From Octopus vulgaris (taxonomy: Eukaryota): 64,000 nt of DNA. Position 1 is the stretch's first letter, and the number at the start of each line of letters is the position of its first letter. Below, one piece after another: positions 1 through 13,600 of this stretch. The DNA lies in assembly GCA_951406725.2 (NCBI GenBank), contig OX597828.1, forward strand, positions 61,132,001-61,196,000, in the 5' to 3' direction. Made by a program: the position numbers and the translations under genes. The notes below the pieces were generated by a model, which had not been told where the DNA came from, made no database searches, and saw only the letters and a program-made list of their open reading frames with translations.

Positions 1-981
1 ACTAGTTTCTGGTCCATGACAATATCAAACTCACACAGTCGCATATAGCCGGGAACAGTGAATAACGTGTTAGTTCGCATTTCATTGCCAAACTTGACGT
101 CCTCTGGTTGTATATTTTCAGGCATTAGATTGAAATTTTAATGAAGACTCTAATTATCAGCATTTTCATTTATTCTAATAATCAAGCTAATTCTAAGATT
201 TCAAAGTAATTGTTCCCTACTTCTGATTCATATATTTCTTGTGTGCGTTTATGCCTTGGGACCCTTTGGAAAACCTCTTGAATTAGAAATGCACAGACAG
301 CAAATATAATTGATTTAATGTTTGTGTTATACAAAGTACAAAGGATAGAAAAGTGTGCATGAAAGTATTTTTCGAATATTAGCCGACATAGATGTTTAGT
401 GCGGGAAATAGGACTAGGGTGCAAGTAGTGAGTGAAAATCTGGCACAACGGTCAAATAGGTTGAGCAGAATATAAGTGAAACCAGTAAGTTTTGAATATA
501 AAAGTTCATTGTAGTAACGACTCTCGTGCTTAAGAGAGTACGTATGTGGTATGGCAATGGAATAACGAACGCAAGTTTTTCAGTTTCAGTAGATTTCTTC
601 TGAATATGATTCAGAAATCCAGCTTTCATTGATTGTAAGTCATAACAGATATCATCACAGTTCTCATTAAAGAGGTATATTTGAGGGAACAGTTTCAGAA
701 AGTCAAGCCTCCTTCATGCAGTTTCAGCAATAAACGAAATAATATTAGGAAGAAAAAATGCTTGGGATTATCAGTTATAACCTTCGCAATGAGGGATTAT
801 TTTAAGTTGTGAATTGTTCGAGAAGACGGTCATACAATTGAAACCTACTTTCCCGTTGTGAGTAACGTTTGCAGTTTCGTGTTGTTAAACGTTATGATAT
901 TGCCTGGATCTCATAAATATATGATTTACAATAGTGATTCGGACTTTTCGTTCACATAGTTTAGCTATTTAAACTATATAG

Positions 982-1080
982 AAATATAGGTATTTTGAAC
1001 CCCAAATACCAAGAAGCTTTTCTTACGATTTTTTTAATAATGTAGCGGGAGTAGGTTATAGTTGAGCGACTTATATCTTG
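982..1080 (+). repeat. ~100-bp segment duplicated at 4033-4131
   Basis: aaatataggtattttgaaccccaaata...gcgacttatatcttg occurs at both places with few differences. Confidence 0.9.
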
Positions 1081-1526
1081 TTAGAATCTAAAGGAGCGAA
1101 TGAGAGAAAGTGAAAGCGTGCTGCACCAAATTCCGTTGAGTATTTTATTACATTCCTTTGCATCTATTTGAGATTTATTTTGCCTTGCATCTCTCCGGAG
1201 GAGTGAAGGAAACGTTTAATGGCCCATGAAATTATCCATATTACGTCCAATAAGTTGGTGTTCTTGTGTCAATCTTAGAAACCAAAGTTGCAAGCAGTTT
1301 GTGGTAAAAGTCAACATCAATTCAGAAATTTAAGCCGCTAAAGTAGACAACGTAACATACTCAATCCTTCCTTTTGTCTGTTCAGATTGTTCAAACATTG
1401 TAAAGATACATGTGTGATACATGGATTTCGTCTATTTTTACATGGATATTTTTGTAAAAGTACTTATTTTTTGGTAACGGCGCTTTATATGTAACTTAAC
1501 TCAATTCTTATGCTCCGATAACGATA

Positions 1527-1760
1527 TTATTATCACTATTCTTCTTCTTCTTCTTCTTCGTCTTCTTCTTCTTCTTCTTCTTCTTCTTCTTCTTCTTCTT
1601 CTTCTTCTTCTCCTTCTCCTTCTTCTTCTTATTATTATTATCATTATTATTATTATCATTATTATTATTATTATTATTATTATCATTGTTATTATTATTA
1701 TTATTATCATTGTTATTATTCTTATTCTTATTATTATTATCATTGTTCTTATTATTATCA

Positions 1761-1791
<31 letters not shown>

Positions 1792-1922
1792 CATTGTTAT
1801 TATTATTATCATTGTCATTATTATTATTATTATTATCATTGTTCTTATTATTATCATTGTTATTATTATTATTATTATTATCATTGTTATTATTATTATC
1901 ATTGTCATTATTATTATTATTA
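1527..1922. repeat. Compound (CTT)n/(ATT)n microsatellite
   Basis: Direct inspection; explains the poly-I/poly-R/poly-L ORFs. Confidence 0.97.
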
Positions 1923-2624
1923 ATTCCTGTTTTGAAGTTAAGATCTTATTTTAATTTTTGTTTTATTTTATTCTACTTTTGTAAACTAAATACGAATCTA
2001 AATTATTGTGTTCTTCATACTAATTAATGTATGGTCATTTGGAATAAATGATTAATATTTACATTATCATCACGTTTACCTTTTTTCATATTTTTATTTT
2101 ATTTTTGAAAATCCTTTTTCGTGCTTTGAAAGTGTTGTAGAGTAGCGAACGGTGGTGGCGGGTTAATGATTCGTGTCCCGTGATGGTGTGAGCGTGTTAT
2201 TTATGGGGTACTAGTGGCAAAGTGCTTCTATTGTAGTTGTAACGGTGCATTATTGATGTAGTGGTAGTGGTGGTGGTGGTGGTGTATTGCTTTTGGGTGG
2301 TGGTATGCTATTGATGTTGTCCGAATAGGAGTGCGTTAGTGTTGTAGTGGTGTGTTATCTATGTGCTTGTGAAGGGGGAAGTGTTTGTGATATGGTGGCG
2401 GTGTAGGTCAACAGAATCATCCGATAAGTATGTTAAAATAGATGGAGTCCTTCTTTCTCATAATATTCAAACTCTCATACTCAGTCACTTTGCAGGTGAC
2501 ACTGCAATGTGAATTTAATTTACCATTTCAGAGTACGTCATACATAATTAAATGGAGTTGTTTAAGGGTATATATGTACGGGCGTTCTAAGACCACCTCT
2601 GACACAAAGACACGCCACGCACGC

Positions 2625-2950
2625 ATGCACACACACACATGTATGTATATATATATATATATATATATATAGATAGATATGTGTGTGTATATATATATAT
2701 ATATATAGATAGATAGATATGTGTGTGTATATATATATATATATATAGATAGATAGATATGTGTGTGTATATATATATATATATAGATAGATAGATATGT
2801 GTGTATATATATATATATATATAGATAGATAGATATGTGTGTATATAGATAGATATGTGTGTATATAGATAGATATGTATGTATATATATATATATGTAT
2901 ATATATATATGTGTGTGTGTGTGTAGAGAGAGAGAGATGTGTGTGTATAT
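2625..2950. repeat. Compound microsatellite with higher-order (TG)n(TA)n(TAGA)n unit
   Basis: Repeated blocks such as gtgtgtgtatatatatatatatatagatagatagatat. Confidence 0.95.
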
Positions 2951-3214
2951 AATTATTTCATATTCTCTCGACATTTCTCGATTCTTATGATGTCAGCAAC
3001 ATACAATCCTCGCTGATAAGAAAGTTTCTAAACTGGAAAGAGAGATTCCAAAGACTGTTTTGTTCCAATGATAGAAACTCTGTCATGTTTAAGGATATGG
3101 GTTCCATTCCCATGGACAGTCTTCGACTTTTCGAGCCAAAGGGAAATTTTAATCCAATATTTACACGCTGTTATTTACATCTTAATCTCTTTCGAGTTTC
3201 CCCGTTCCGAAAGA

Positions 3215-3289
<75 letters not shown>

Positions 3290-3910
3290 AACGGAGAAAG
3301 AAACCTAAAATTAACCTTCATCAGTTATCTTGCTAAGGATTCAGGCAGTTTTGGTATCTTGAAAAAACACAGAGTGGAGACTTTGCAAGTGAGACGGAGA
3401 AAGAAGATATAGTTAAAGACAGCTACTAAGAGGAAAAAAGAAAAACGAAGGTCTAGTTAAGATAGACCTTCGTTTTTCTTCCTTCTTGCTAAGTCTCCAC
3501 TCTGTGTTTTTTCAAGATACCAAAACTGCCTGAATCCTTAGCAAGATAACTGATGAAGATTAATTTTAGGTTTCTTTCTCCGTTTATACACACACACACA
3601 CACACACATATATATATTCTTTCGGAACGGGGAAACTCGAAAGAGATAAAGATGTAAATAACAGCGTGTAAATATTGGATTAAAATTTCCTTTGGCTCGA
3701 AAAGTCGAAGACTGTCCATGGGAATGGAACCCACATCCTTAAACATGACAGAGTTTCTATCATTGGAACAAAACAGTCTTTGGAATCTCTCTTTCCAGTT
3801 TAGAAACTTTCTTATCAGCGAGGATTGTATGTTGCTGACATCATAAGAATCGAGAAATGTCGAGAGAATATGAAATAATTATATACACACACATCTCTCT
3901 CTCTCTCTAC
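2923..3910. repeat. ~1-kb foldback palindrome
   Basis: 2923-3383 is the reverse complement of 3491-3910 with few mismatches and different (TG)n lengths; innermost stem aagaaaaacgaaggtcta/tagaccttcgtttttctt closes a 7-nt loop at 3456-3462. Confidence 0.95.
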
Positions 3911-3946
<36 letters not shown>

Positions 3947-3992
3947 CTATCTATCTATCTATCTATATATATATATATATTTTAATTATTTT

Positions 3993-4037
<45 letters not shown>

Positions 4038-4249
4038 TAGGTATTTTGAACCCCAAATATCAAGAAGCTTTTCTTACGATTTTTTTTATAATGTAGCGGG
4101 AGTAGGTTATAGTTGAGCGACTTATATCTTGTAATTAGACATGTCTTTTATGATAAAAATAAACAGTCAGTTATAATGAAAATAAAATGAGGCAAATAGC
4201 ACAAAATAATGGTGTAAAAAGTACGTGGTCAAATCAAAACATAATTAAA

Positions 4250-5066
4250 TGGGGAAATGCGAGTAAGAGAAATAAAATTCTTAAGATTATAAACCTGGAA
4301 AGTTACAGGACAAGTTATTACATCTGGTAAAAGCACAGACCAAGAAAATTTTTACTTAAAATATTGCAGGATACAATTTGAATATTAAAAATTATTTGAT
4401 TTTAATTTACAAAGTAACATCATAATTTAAAAAAGGTACCATCATTTTGTTAAAATATTGACACACTAGAATAGTTAAAAAATGAGAGCCAGAAGTACCA
4501 ATATAGCTAAGGTTTTATGCAAAGTAGAATAATATATATGATAGGCAAATTCATTATGTAAAAAATAGGCATTGGTCAAGACTAAAAATGTGAAGACTTG
4601 ACAATATTACTGTGAATTTGTTGTTACAGGTAGATTTTACCGTAATATATAACTCACTTTTGTATCATTCTATTTATCGTACTAACTAATTATGTACAAC
4701 AATTATTTTTATAACTTATTTTCAAATTTCTAATCATTAATCAATAATTAAAAAATGAATTATATTAAAGTGAAAAAATATTTTGAGTTATTTTTAATTT
4801 ATAAAAGAAGTAACAAGTAAAAGCAAATAGAAATAATAAATTGTAATAAAATTTTTAGTTTCAATAAAAACTAATATTTTCTAAATCTAAATATTTTATT
4901 TGAAATTTTATCTTTTAGCTGCAATATTTTAAGTAAACATTTTCTTGTTCTCTACTTTACCAGATGTAATAAGTTGTTCTGAACTTTTCCAAGTGTAATA
5001 ACTTGTCCTGTAATTTTCCAGATTTATAATCTTAAGAATATTATTTCTCTTGTTCGCATTTTCCCC
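4250..5066. mobile_element. Old AT-rich MITE-like element with diverged inverted repeats
   Basis: ggggaaatgcga...ttcttaagattataaacctggaaagttacaggacaagttattaca (from 4251) is inverted at ~4955-5066. Confidence 0.55.
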
Positions 5067-5329
5067 TTGTAATCCATGTTTTTCCCAGGCTATGCTAATT
5101 ATGCTAATTAATAATGTGTCAATAACACTGGACAACAAAAAACTTTTTTGTAAGTTGCTTCAGTTTTTTCAACTGGTTTAGAACAATTTTGAACCACTGA
5201 ATCCGAAAATGACATCCGTTTCTCTCGATCAGGTCAGGTTTCTCTGCTAAGTTGATTAAAAAAAAATCCGATCTTCTGACTAAATTGATTAACTTTGTCT
5301 GACATTATCGGTTGAATTTGTGTCCTTAC

Positions 5330-5473
5330 ATTCTGAGTTCAAATTCCACCGAGGTCGACTTTGCCTTTCAACTTTCGGGGTCGACAAATTAAGTACCAGT
5401 TACGTACTGGGGTCGATCTAATTGACTGTCCCCACCCCAAAATTCCGGGTCTTGTGCCTAGAGTAGAAAAGAT
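5330..5473 (+). mobile_element. tRNA-derived SINE fragment with Nin/Deu-like domain
   Basis: B-box-like gagttcaaattcc, then gaggtcgactttgcctttca...ggggtcgacaaattaagtaccagtt. Confidence 0.7.
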
Positions 5474-5489
5474 TATCGGTTGATTTTTG

Positions 5490-5546
<57 letters not shown>

Positions 5547-6064
5547 TGCTTTGGATATTATTCATTAAATTGATTACATTTTTCTGACATTATCGGTTGA
5601 TTTTTGTTAATATTTCTCATCCGAAATAGATTTTTAAGATTTAAAAAATTTGGTTGTGTCTGGGGAGAGTCATTTTCTTTTTGTGCCTTATAATGTAACA
5701 AGCACACTCACCGGTAAAATTTCCACTTATTTCTTATTTTTTTATTTTCCTAAAATTTTCGTTGCGTCTTGCAACCTTTTCAATAGTCTATAGGCACAAA
5801 AAAAAAATGACTCTCTCCAGACACAACAGAATATGCTTCAACACACGAACTCATATAAAGAATCTTGCAAACCAAATCCAAAAACGAAATATAAAAAAAA
5901 TTTGTTTTCTAAAACAATTTATTAATTAAATGTTACAAACTTCGATTACTGTAAATTGAATAGAAGACACTGATAAAGATAAGTACATGTAAATTAAATG
6001 CTATGTCGTCATTGTTCAAAATCCAGGGCTTGAACATGCGTTTATTCGAACCTCTAGAATACTG

Positions 6065-7060
6065 AGCGGCAGAAATGTCTCTCTTCAGAGTTCAACAGTA
6101 ATCTACCATTAAAACTGCATTTCAGCATCCCTGATGTCTGGTCTCCATCGCTTTCATGTCCTGATGGAATCGCTCCCCCTGCTCGTCGCTCATTGATTCA
6201 AGATACTCAGGAAACCGATCCATATATGAGAATAAGTAATGCATCCGAGATTTCTGAAAGCAGTCAGCATATTGGTGACAAGTTCTGCGCAGCTCCTCGC
6301 TTTGTTGTTGCCAAGAAAGTTCTTCACGAGCAGAACAAAAGCCTTCCACGCTTCCGGTTCCACTTCGTTCATTGAGTTTTCAAACTCAGGCTCTCTGATG
6401 AGCTGACGGATTTGAGGATCGTCAAAGATGCCAGCTTTCAACTTCTCAATGGAAAAGCCTGGCACAAGTAAGCGAAGCAGCCACCATCCTTGTCCAGAGC
6501 TGTGGTCAACTACTTGATCAAGCCGAGCTTAATGTGCAGTGGTGGGAAGAGTATTCTGTCTCTGTCCACCATAGGGTTGTTTAAGGCACCATTTTCTCCC
6601 CCAAAGCCCAGTTCTTCTTCTTGTAATGCTGAGCAGTGTCCCTACTATCCCACATGCAAAGAAAGCATGCGTACTTGGTGAACCCAGATGTTGTCCCAAC
6701 AAAAAAGTCACCATCTTCAGGTCAACACAAATAAACCACTGATGCGGATCATAACGAATTTTCTCCAGCACATACGTCACCGCTTCATACTTCTCCTTCA
6801 ATGTAGTTGAGTGAGTGAGGCAATTCCAAACTTCAGACAACTCTTCTTACTCTTGGTCCGCCGATGCAGGTTCTTGGTGCATGCTTTGCATACCATGTGT
6901 GACGCCCAAGCTTTATCCTGGTCACCAAGTTTAATACTAAAATAACCAGGGTAAGCACGTTTTATGAAACTTGGATTCCTGTTAGGAACAATGGTGTATT
7001 CACCGCAGGTGTAGCAGAATACGTTGGGCTTACATTTGCAAGATCTGGTTGAAGCCATTT
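6065..7060 (-). pseudogene. Frameshifted transposase of the Chapaev3-like element
   Basis: Motifs FCYTCGEY, LGDQDKAWASHMVC, VDLKMVTFLLGQ, PPLHIKLG, KLKAGIFDDPQIRQL, FLGNNKA and SDEQGERFHQD across frames. Confidence 0.85.
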
Positions 7061-7679
7061 CATTCACCTGTATAATAAAAATACCAATTAGTCATAAATA
7101 AGCGCATGCAGACTCTTCTGAGTTCGTTTATTTCAAGAAATAAAAAAAAAGAATTTTGCATCATTCAAATCAAAAACACTCGTACATGTAAACAAAAACG
7201 TAAGAAATAACATATGGCCTTAGTTCAAAAAGCTGACCTGATTGAGCCAAACTAATGTGATTTTTGGATTTAGCACATCAGAATTGTCCTAAATCAGGTA
7301 AAAAAATTTTCGACAATAATTTTGGTGTTGGTCAGAGTAATTCAAGATTGTACCTTATTGAAAATTGAATAATAAATTTATTAAATTTCTAAATAACATT
7401 TTAATTTTTTCATTTTTGTGACTGAATTATTATTATTATTCAAATCCAGTTTTTTGCCTTATTTATATTTTTTCATGATATTTTGTTTCACAACTTTCTT
7501 GTTACAAATTTTTGTTGCATGGGCCAAAACTATGAAATTTTTCGTGTTTTCTTTTATAATTTAAGCTAAGATAAATATATTTTGCTTTCAAAATAAAAAA
7601 AGTTATTTAGATCTAAACTTGATTGGAAGTGTTATTTACAGGGACTAGTCCTCTTAAAAAATGTTAAGTTTTCAGTTTG

Positions 7680-9570
7680 GTTAAGAACTGAGTTAGCGAC
7701 AAAGCTTTGAAAGGTGTTGCGTCTGAGTAAATTGCGGCCCTAAGAATATTATTCAACTACCACCGTAGTTGAATGATAAACACTTGGACGATGTTCTCAT
7801 ACAAATAATGGGGAATATGATACACGTGGTCGCTTGACAAGCTGAAAGATGAGAGTGACTCACGTTAAGGTATGGCCCAGGTTGCTTCAGGAGCCTCCAT
7901 TTGATTATGTATGACGTACCATCTTTTAAACGCCATAAATAGCTGGCCATGGACATAGCGTTATGTTTCTCTGTGATCTTAAAAGAGGACTTGTGGCTGT
8001 TATGACTTCGCTTTAAGGAACCCTTTGTAATTCAAACATATTTCCGCGTGTGTGCCCTAGCATTGGTGGAGGTGGCGCTGCTATCGCTGTCTTTGCTGTC
8101 GTCACTGTCGGACGTGCTGTTGCTGTCATTGTTGTTGTTATCGCCGGACGTGTTGTTGGGGCTGCATGAGAAGGAGGGAGGGGGAAAACCAAATGACTTC
8201 ACGCTGGAGTTTCACTTTGTGGGTATTAGGTTCCGGCATGAAGGGGATGCGGTCCTTAACCTCACTGGCTGTCAAAGCCTCGTTGTTGTAGAGGGCGACA
8301 GCGTCGAAAATCTCTTTATTCGAGGACAGATTCGAAATCCTTTTACTGACACCCTCTCTGGGTTTTTGAACGCAACGGGTTCCTTCTCATGCAACGTCAG
8401 GATCTGCGTGGGAGGGACACTCATCAAATAGTGAACAATTACTTCAAGCAATCCCATAAATAAGGACGATTGTTTAATAGGTTCGACTTAAAGGTCTCCT
8501 ACAGCTGTGCACCCAATATTAAAAATATTTTAGTGAACACTCCTAAACCTCACCAGAGACAAGATGCTCATGTAGGATTAACAGCAAGTGCCCAGTGGGC
8601 CGTGGTTTACGAGGTTGAGGTGATGTCCGGCAGTAAGAGCAGCAACAACTGCAGCCCCAACAACACGTCCGACGATAACAACAACAATGACAGCAACAGC
8701 ACGTCCGACAGTGACGACAGCAAAGACAGCGATAGCAGCGCCACCTCCACCAATGCTAGGGCACACACGCGGAAAAGCAGGAGGCTATGTAAGGCAGACA
8801 TTCATTTCGTTTGTGGTAGGGCCTGTATGAACAGGTACCCAAATCTAGCGTAACGTCTAAACAGTTGGCTATGTTAAAATTGGTCTCAATTGTAATCTTA
8901 AGGCCAAGGGAACTAAGTGTACGAAATAGGTTCTTCTTAAGCCTATCTTGGGTGTGCCCTATTGCGCCTCCAAAGCGTCATCTCAGTATACAAAAGAGGA
9001 CTGACGGCATCCCCTTCGTTAAGGACTGCAGTAAATATAATCCTATGAGGTCGCAGACATCTGCACTAATGAATGTTTCCATCACTAAGGAGCCTACTGG
9101 GTCAACTTGTTTGACCCAGGCCGAACCTTTGTTGAACAGCAGCGTTACCTATGCGGCATTATTACATCTATATCCCGTCACTAACGAGCATATGCTCGAG
9201 CGAACAGAAGCGCAGTGACTAATCTTTTCGTTATAGATGGATAAAAATTTACGATATCAGATTGGGTGAACTTTGACATGTCTCTATCCTGATTAGCTTT
9301 AAACCATGAAATAACTTCGTTGGTATTATGCCATAAGGAGAGACTGGATGCCTTCCTTATTTTGTCGTTGATCTTTCTCAGTATATGTTTGTTCGCCTGC
9401 CCGATTTCAACTTTAACTGGGTTAATCAGGCTTCATTTGGGGTTGGAGGCAAAGATCGGTTTGTGGTCTATGATGCTAAATGCATTTCTTTTAGCTAATA
9501 TTCCCATCCTATCAGCTATCGCTAGATTACTGGCTAACATTTTGGCTTCGTTGTTTATATTATTGTGCGT
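7680..9570 (-). mobile_element. Penelope-like retroelement relic (RT plus GIY-YIG) with internal inversion
   Basis: Minus strand LDVTLDLGTCSYRPYHK (RT thumb region, ~8790-8860) and MASYLWRLKDGTSYIIKWRLL (endonuclease C-terminus); the KVSYSCAPNIKNI linker at 8470-8600 is on the plus strand. Confidence 0.8.
8041..8775. repeat. 126-bp inverted duplication (8041-8166 / 8650-8775)
   Basis: tttccgcgtgtgtgccctagc...ggggctgca versus tgcagcccc...gcacacacgcggaaa, about one mismatch. Confidence 0.95.
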
Positions 9571-9802
9571 GTGCAGCGAATGTTTATCTATAATGTTTAT
9601 CTGGTGCTATTCTCTAACATCCTATCATATGTGCCGGTGTTTACTCTAGGGCTTTTTCTTTTATCAGAAAACAGTAAAGTCCTCTCTGAATTTTATAGTT
9701 GTCGTATATTCTTTATTCGTGGATTAATAAGGCAAGCAATGTTGGAAACAATCTCCATAATTATTCAATCGAACCACATGGGAATGTTGGTTCTCCTCTC
9801 CT

Positions 9803-9804
<2 letters not shown>

Positions 9805-9891
<87 letters not shown>
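9805..9891. repeat. (CA)n microsatellite
   Basis: Direct inspection. Confidence 0.97.
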
Positions 9892-9895
<4 letters not shown>

Positions 9896-9982
9896 TGAAA
9901 TTTATAGAAAAACAAAAGACGAAGACAGGTGTATGAACCACAAGCATCTGTATTAGTTTGACGTACGGAAAAATGAAAAAGT

Positions 9983-10019
9983 CTTTTACGTTTTGAGCCT
10001 ACGCTCTTCAGCAGAAAGG
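9983..10019 (-). ncRNA. Degenerate minimal hammerhead ribozyme
   Basis: Minus strand cctttctg-CUGAAGA-gcguaggcuc-aAAAC-GUA-aaaga; the G of GAAA is changed to A. Confidence 0.55.
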
Positions 10020-10362
10020 AATAAGAGATGATAAACAGAGAGAATGAAAAAAAGCCTGTAGATTTCGCGGTCAAGTATATATATGGTAGAATAACAAATA
10101 GAAAGTCGTTGGTACAGTATTATATATTTGAAAAATGAATAGAAAAAGCTTTTCTGATAATTTTTCCACTTTGATAATTAAATGTTTACAAAAAATGTGG
10201 CTGAGTGAGTTTCTCGCTCGAAAGTGGTTTTCAAACTAATATTGAGATCATTTTGTGCTTAAATAGGGAGTGTTTGATAACAAGCATATACATATACAAA
10301 CATCAATACCCGCACGTACATGCTCACACGCGCGCGTGCACATATATATACAGACGTACATC

Positions 10363-10413
<51 letters not shown>

Positions 10414-10588
10414 ACACGTTGGTACACCTTTCCAGTTGGGATGAGTATACACAAAATTACGCGAGAGTACAAAATTCCGAAATACACATATGAAGGGAAG
10501 TAACTTCTGAGAATATCTTGATTGTTACCCCCCTTGCATTTGACCAGGATTTTGGGAATAACTTTTGCTAACCATAGATTCATTTCTC

Positions 10589-10589
<1 letters not shown>

Positions 10590-10622
<33 letters not shown>

Positions 10623-10657
10623 TAATAATAGTATGAATAATAATAATAATAGTAATA
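10590..10657. repeat. (AAT)n microsatellite, 5' flank of the R4/Dong element
   Basis: Direct inspection. Confidence 0.95.
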
Positions 10658-13600
10658 GAGACGCTCGCACTGAATAACAACATGGATGTACTAAACCGGG
10701 CTCTCCATTCAAAAACAAATCTAATCCAATAACATCAATGGAGTTAAATAAAAGAACTTGAGGAAAACTTGAAGGAAGCGACCTTTTAACGAAGACACAC
10801 AGAAAAAAAAAGGAAATTTTACTGCCATAGAAAGTACAGTTTCTCCTACGCACGATGTCTCAATGAAGCATGTGCGAAACACGCGCGCGATATCAACACC
10901 GGAAAGTTTACATAGAATAAAAGAAACGGACCAAAACAAAAAAACCAGTGAGTACATAAATTGAGTAATTACGCATACACTCGAATGTCGACACAATCAT
11001 ATATACATTTTGATACCCATAGGACTACACATACATCCCAAAGTTGTTGTACACACTAAGTGAAATTTACAAGACACACACTCATACACATGAAAACATG
11101 TGTCACAAACCAAGCAAAAACAAAATCAAAACTTTCTTTGTTTCTCTTCTTATTTTATTCTCATATTTTAGAACTACCACAGACAGAGTGAACCTTTCAT
11201 AAGGGTAAAAAGTACCACAAAAAAACTATGTCCGAAGGTAAATCTATCAACAAAAAAATACAGACGAATACAGATCTGCTAGCCTTAAGAAATTAAGCTA
11301 CGGGCGATGTTTAAATTCAGAGGCGGCGTCGTCGCAAAAACTTAACCCTAAACTGACAGATCCGACTCCTAATGTAAGAGCTCGTCATGCCTCAATGTCA
11401 ACAAAACAAATTACAAACCTCAATGGTCATTGATCGGTTTACAAAAGACCACAAACCCGAACATTGAACCAAATTCTGACTGAAAAATCAGCCACTGGTT
11501 CAACTCTTCCCAACACACAGGAGCTGGACGTATCCCACAACCGGGATATTCCAACAGATGGCCGTCCATGCCCGTCATCAAATAACCAACAGAAAAAGAA
11601 TGAAAAATGGTCTAGGGAAGATAATAAGGAAGTTCTTACGGCCTTCTACCATGCCATATATTTCCCCACAGATAAATCTAACACTATACAAACCTACATA
11701 AACTGGAGACAGAAACACCCTGAAGTCAGACCCTACATAGACAATAACAAACTTGCCAACGTCAGAAGAAACATTATAAAAAAAAAATTACTGACTGAAG
11801 TAGAGATTGATCAAATCAAACAAGCAGTAACGGATAAAAACAACGAAGCCGCAGCTAAAGAAGATAATGCAGAGGAAATAATTATAGACCAGTCCAGGGC
11901 TAATAAAAATGCAGTAAGGATTGAAAGAGTTAGTATAACTGATAGGCAAAGTGAAATACTCACTGAACCAATCATAAACACTAAGACAAATGAACATGAA
12001 ATAGAAGAAAGTCACACAAATATTGACCCAACTGAACTACGTGAACTAAAGAATCAAATCATGATTGAATGGCTGAAACTTAAAGAAGCCAATATGGATG
12101 AACGCAATACACTCCCAAGAATCCGCAACTCTAACCAAAACATGAAAATAATTGGTAAAATCCGCCTTGCACTTAAGGATATAATTTCAGCTAATGAAAT
12201 TTAGTCCAACCCATGCTAGCATGGAAAACGGACGCTAAACGATGATGATGATGATGATGATGTTAATATCACAGATCTCAACCACCTGTACTATGCATCC
12301 GCGAAAATCTCAACGATCCTATGTGGTGAAAAGATTAGAAAACGGCAACATTCCCACAAAAAGGCTTCTTGGCAAGAGCGTATCCAACATCAAATTAAGC
12401 TACTTAGGTCTGACGTTGAATGTTTGAAAAATCTTAAGGTTGACAAGACTACCAAACCTACAAAAACCCAAAAATTAAAGAGAAAATATATGAAAACTAT
12501 ACTTGATATTGATGCCACCATAGAAACCATCAAGCAAAAGGTATCTGCTAAAGCCGCCCGCATAGCGAGGTATGAAAAGCGTGTTAGATTCTTCAAGGAC
12601 AACAACATGTTAAAAAATAACCCCAAAAATTTTTACAGGAAGATAGGGAAAACACCAGTTACTGTAAAGTCTGTACCATCAAAAGACGAAGTGCACGGTT
12701 TTTTTAAAAATAAAATTTGGGCAGAAGAAAAAACACAAAACGAAAAGGCCCCTTGGATTGATAGAATAGCTACGGACTTGTACTCCTTAGAGGAGCAAAA
12801 GAGGGAGGGTGTCAAGGTAGAAGATGTAAGATCTACTCTCAGGAGGTCAAGCAAATGGAAGTCTCCAGGAAAGGATAAAATTCCTAACTTCTGGTTGAAT
12901 GCCTTCCCAGAGAGCCATGAACTGCTAACAGAACTTTACAATGATGTTTTGCAACTCCCTAGTAGGATGCCTGCTTGGCTAGTTAAATGGTTTAACATTC
13001 TTGCTCCCAAAAAGTGAAGAAACAAATGAACCAAAAAACTATAGACCCATAACCTGCTTAACAACCATGTATAAAACGCTAACATCTGTCCTGACGGAAT
13101 ATACCTATAGTTTTTTAATAGACAGCAGCATATTCCCTAATGAACAAAAAGGATGTAAACGTGGGTCCTATGGTTGTAAAGATCAGCTACTCATCAATAA
13201 GATGATCTTAGAAGATTGTCACAAACGATACAAAAATTTGTCAATAGCCTGGATAGACTATAAAAAGGCTTTTGATAGCCTACCACATCTAGATAAAGAA
13301 ATGCCTAGAAATGTACAAAATAGCGCCTACTCTGCGAAACTTTGTCTGTAAGTATGAGATCATGGAGAACCACACTAACTTTGAACTGTGACGATGAATT
13401 TCTAAATGCTGGTGATGTAAAAATTTCATGTGGCATTTTCCAGGGCGACTCACTGTCACCACTCCTCTCTTGTTTAGCCTAAATACCTCTCTCAAAATTG
13501 CTCAATGACGCACAGTACGGATATAAAATGTTGTATAAAAATATAAATCATCTCATTTACATGGATGATTTAAAGCTCTTTGCAAAAAATGACCAACAAC

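Larger units (their letters stand above)
5126..7338 (-). mobile_element. Chapaev3-like (CMC/Transib-related) DNA transposon, decayed
   Basis: Diverged ~110-bp TIRs (CACTG start at 5126; inverted copy ~7230-7338) flank a broken transposase; superfamily assignment is from recalled motifs. Confidence 0.7.

Noticed and set aside
1-1500. Coding-looking sequence with faint RT-like words (NNYFE, KIYNQ..LAM) on the minus strand
   Set aside because: Too degenerate to assign by eye; needs a translated profile search.
1501-2974. Long low-complexity ORFs (poly-I/R/L, YIYI, HTHT, CVCV), here and throughout the window
   Set aside because: Translations of microsatellites.
3545-3815. Hammerhead from gauaa-CUGAUGA (3550) to GAAAC-UUUC-uuauc (~3803-3815)
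   Set aside because: Would need a ~250-nt stem II spanning a microsatellite, and stem III cannot pair.
11464-12204. 246-aa ORF as a stand-alone host gene
   Set aside because: It is the N-terminus of the R4/Dong ORF, cut by the SINE-tail insertion at 12204.
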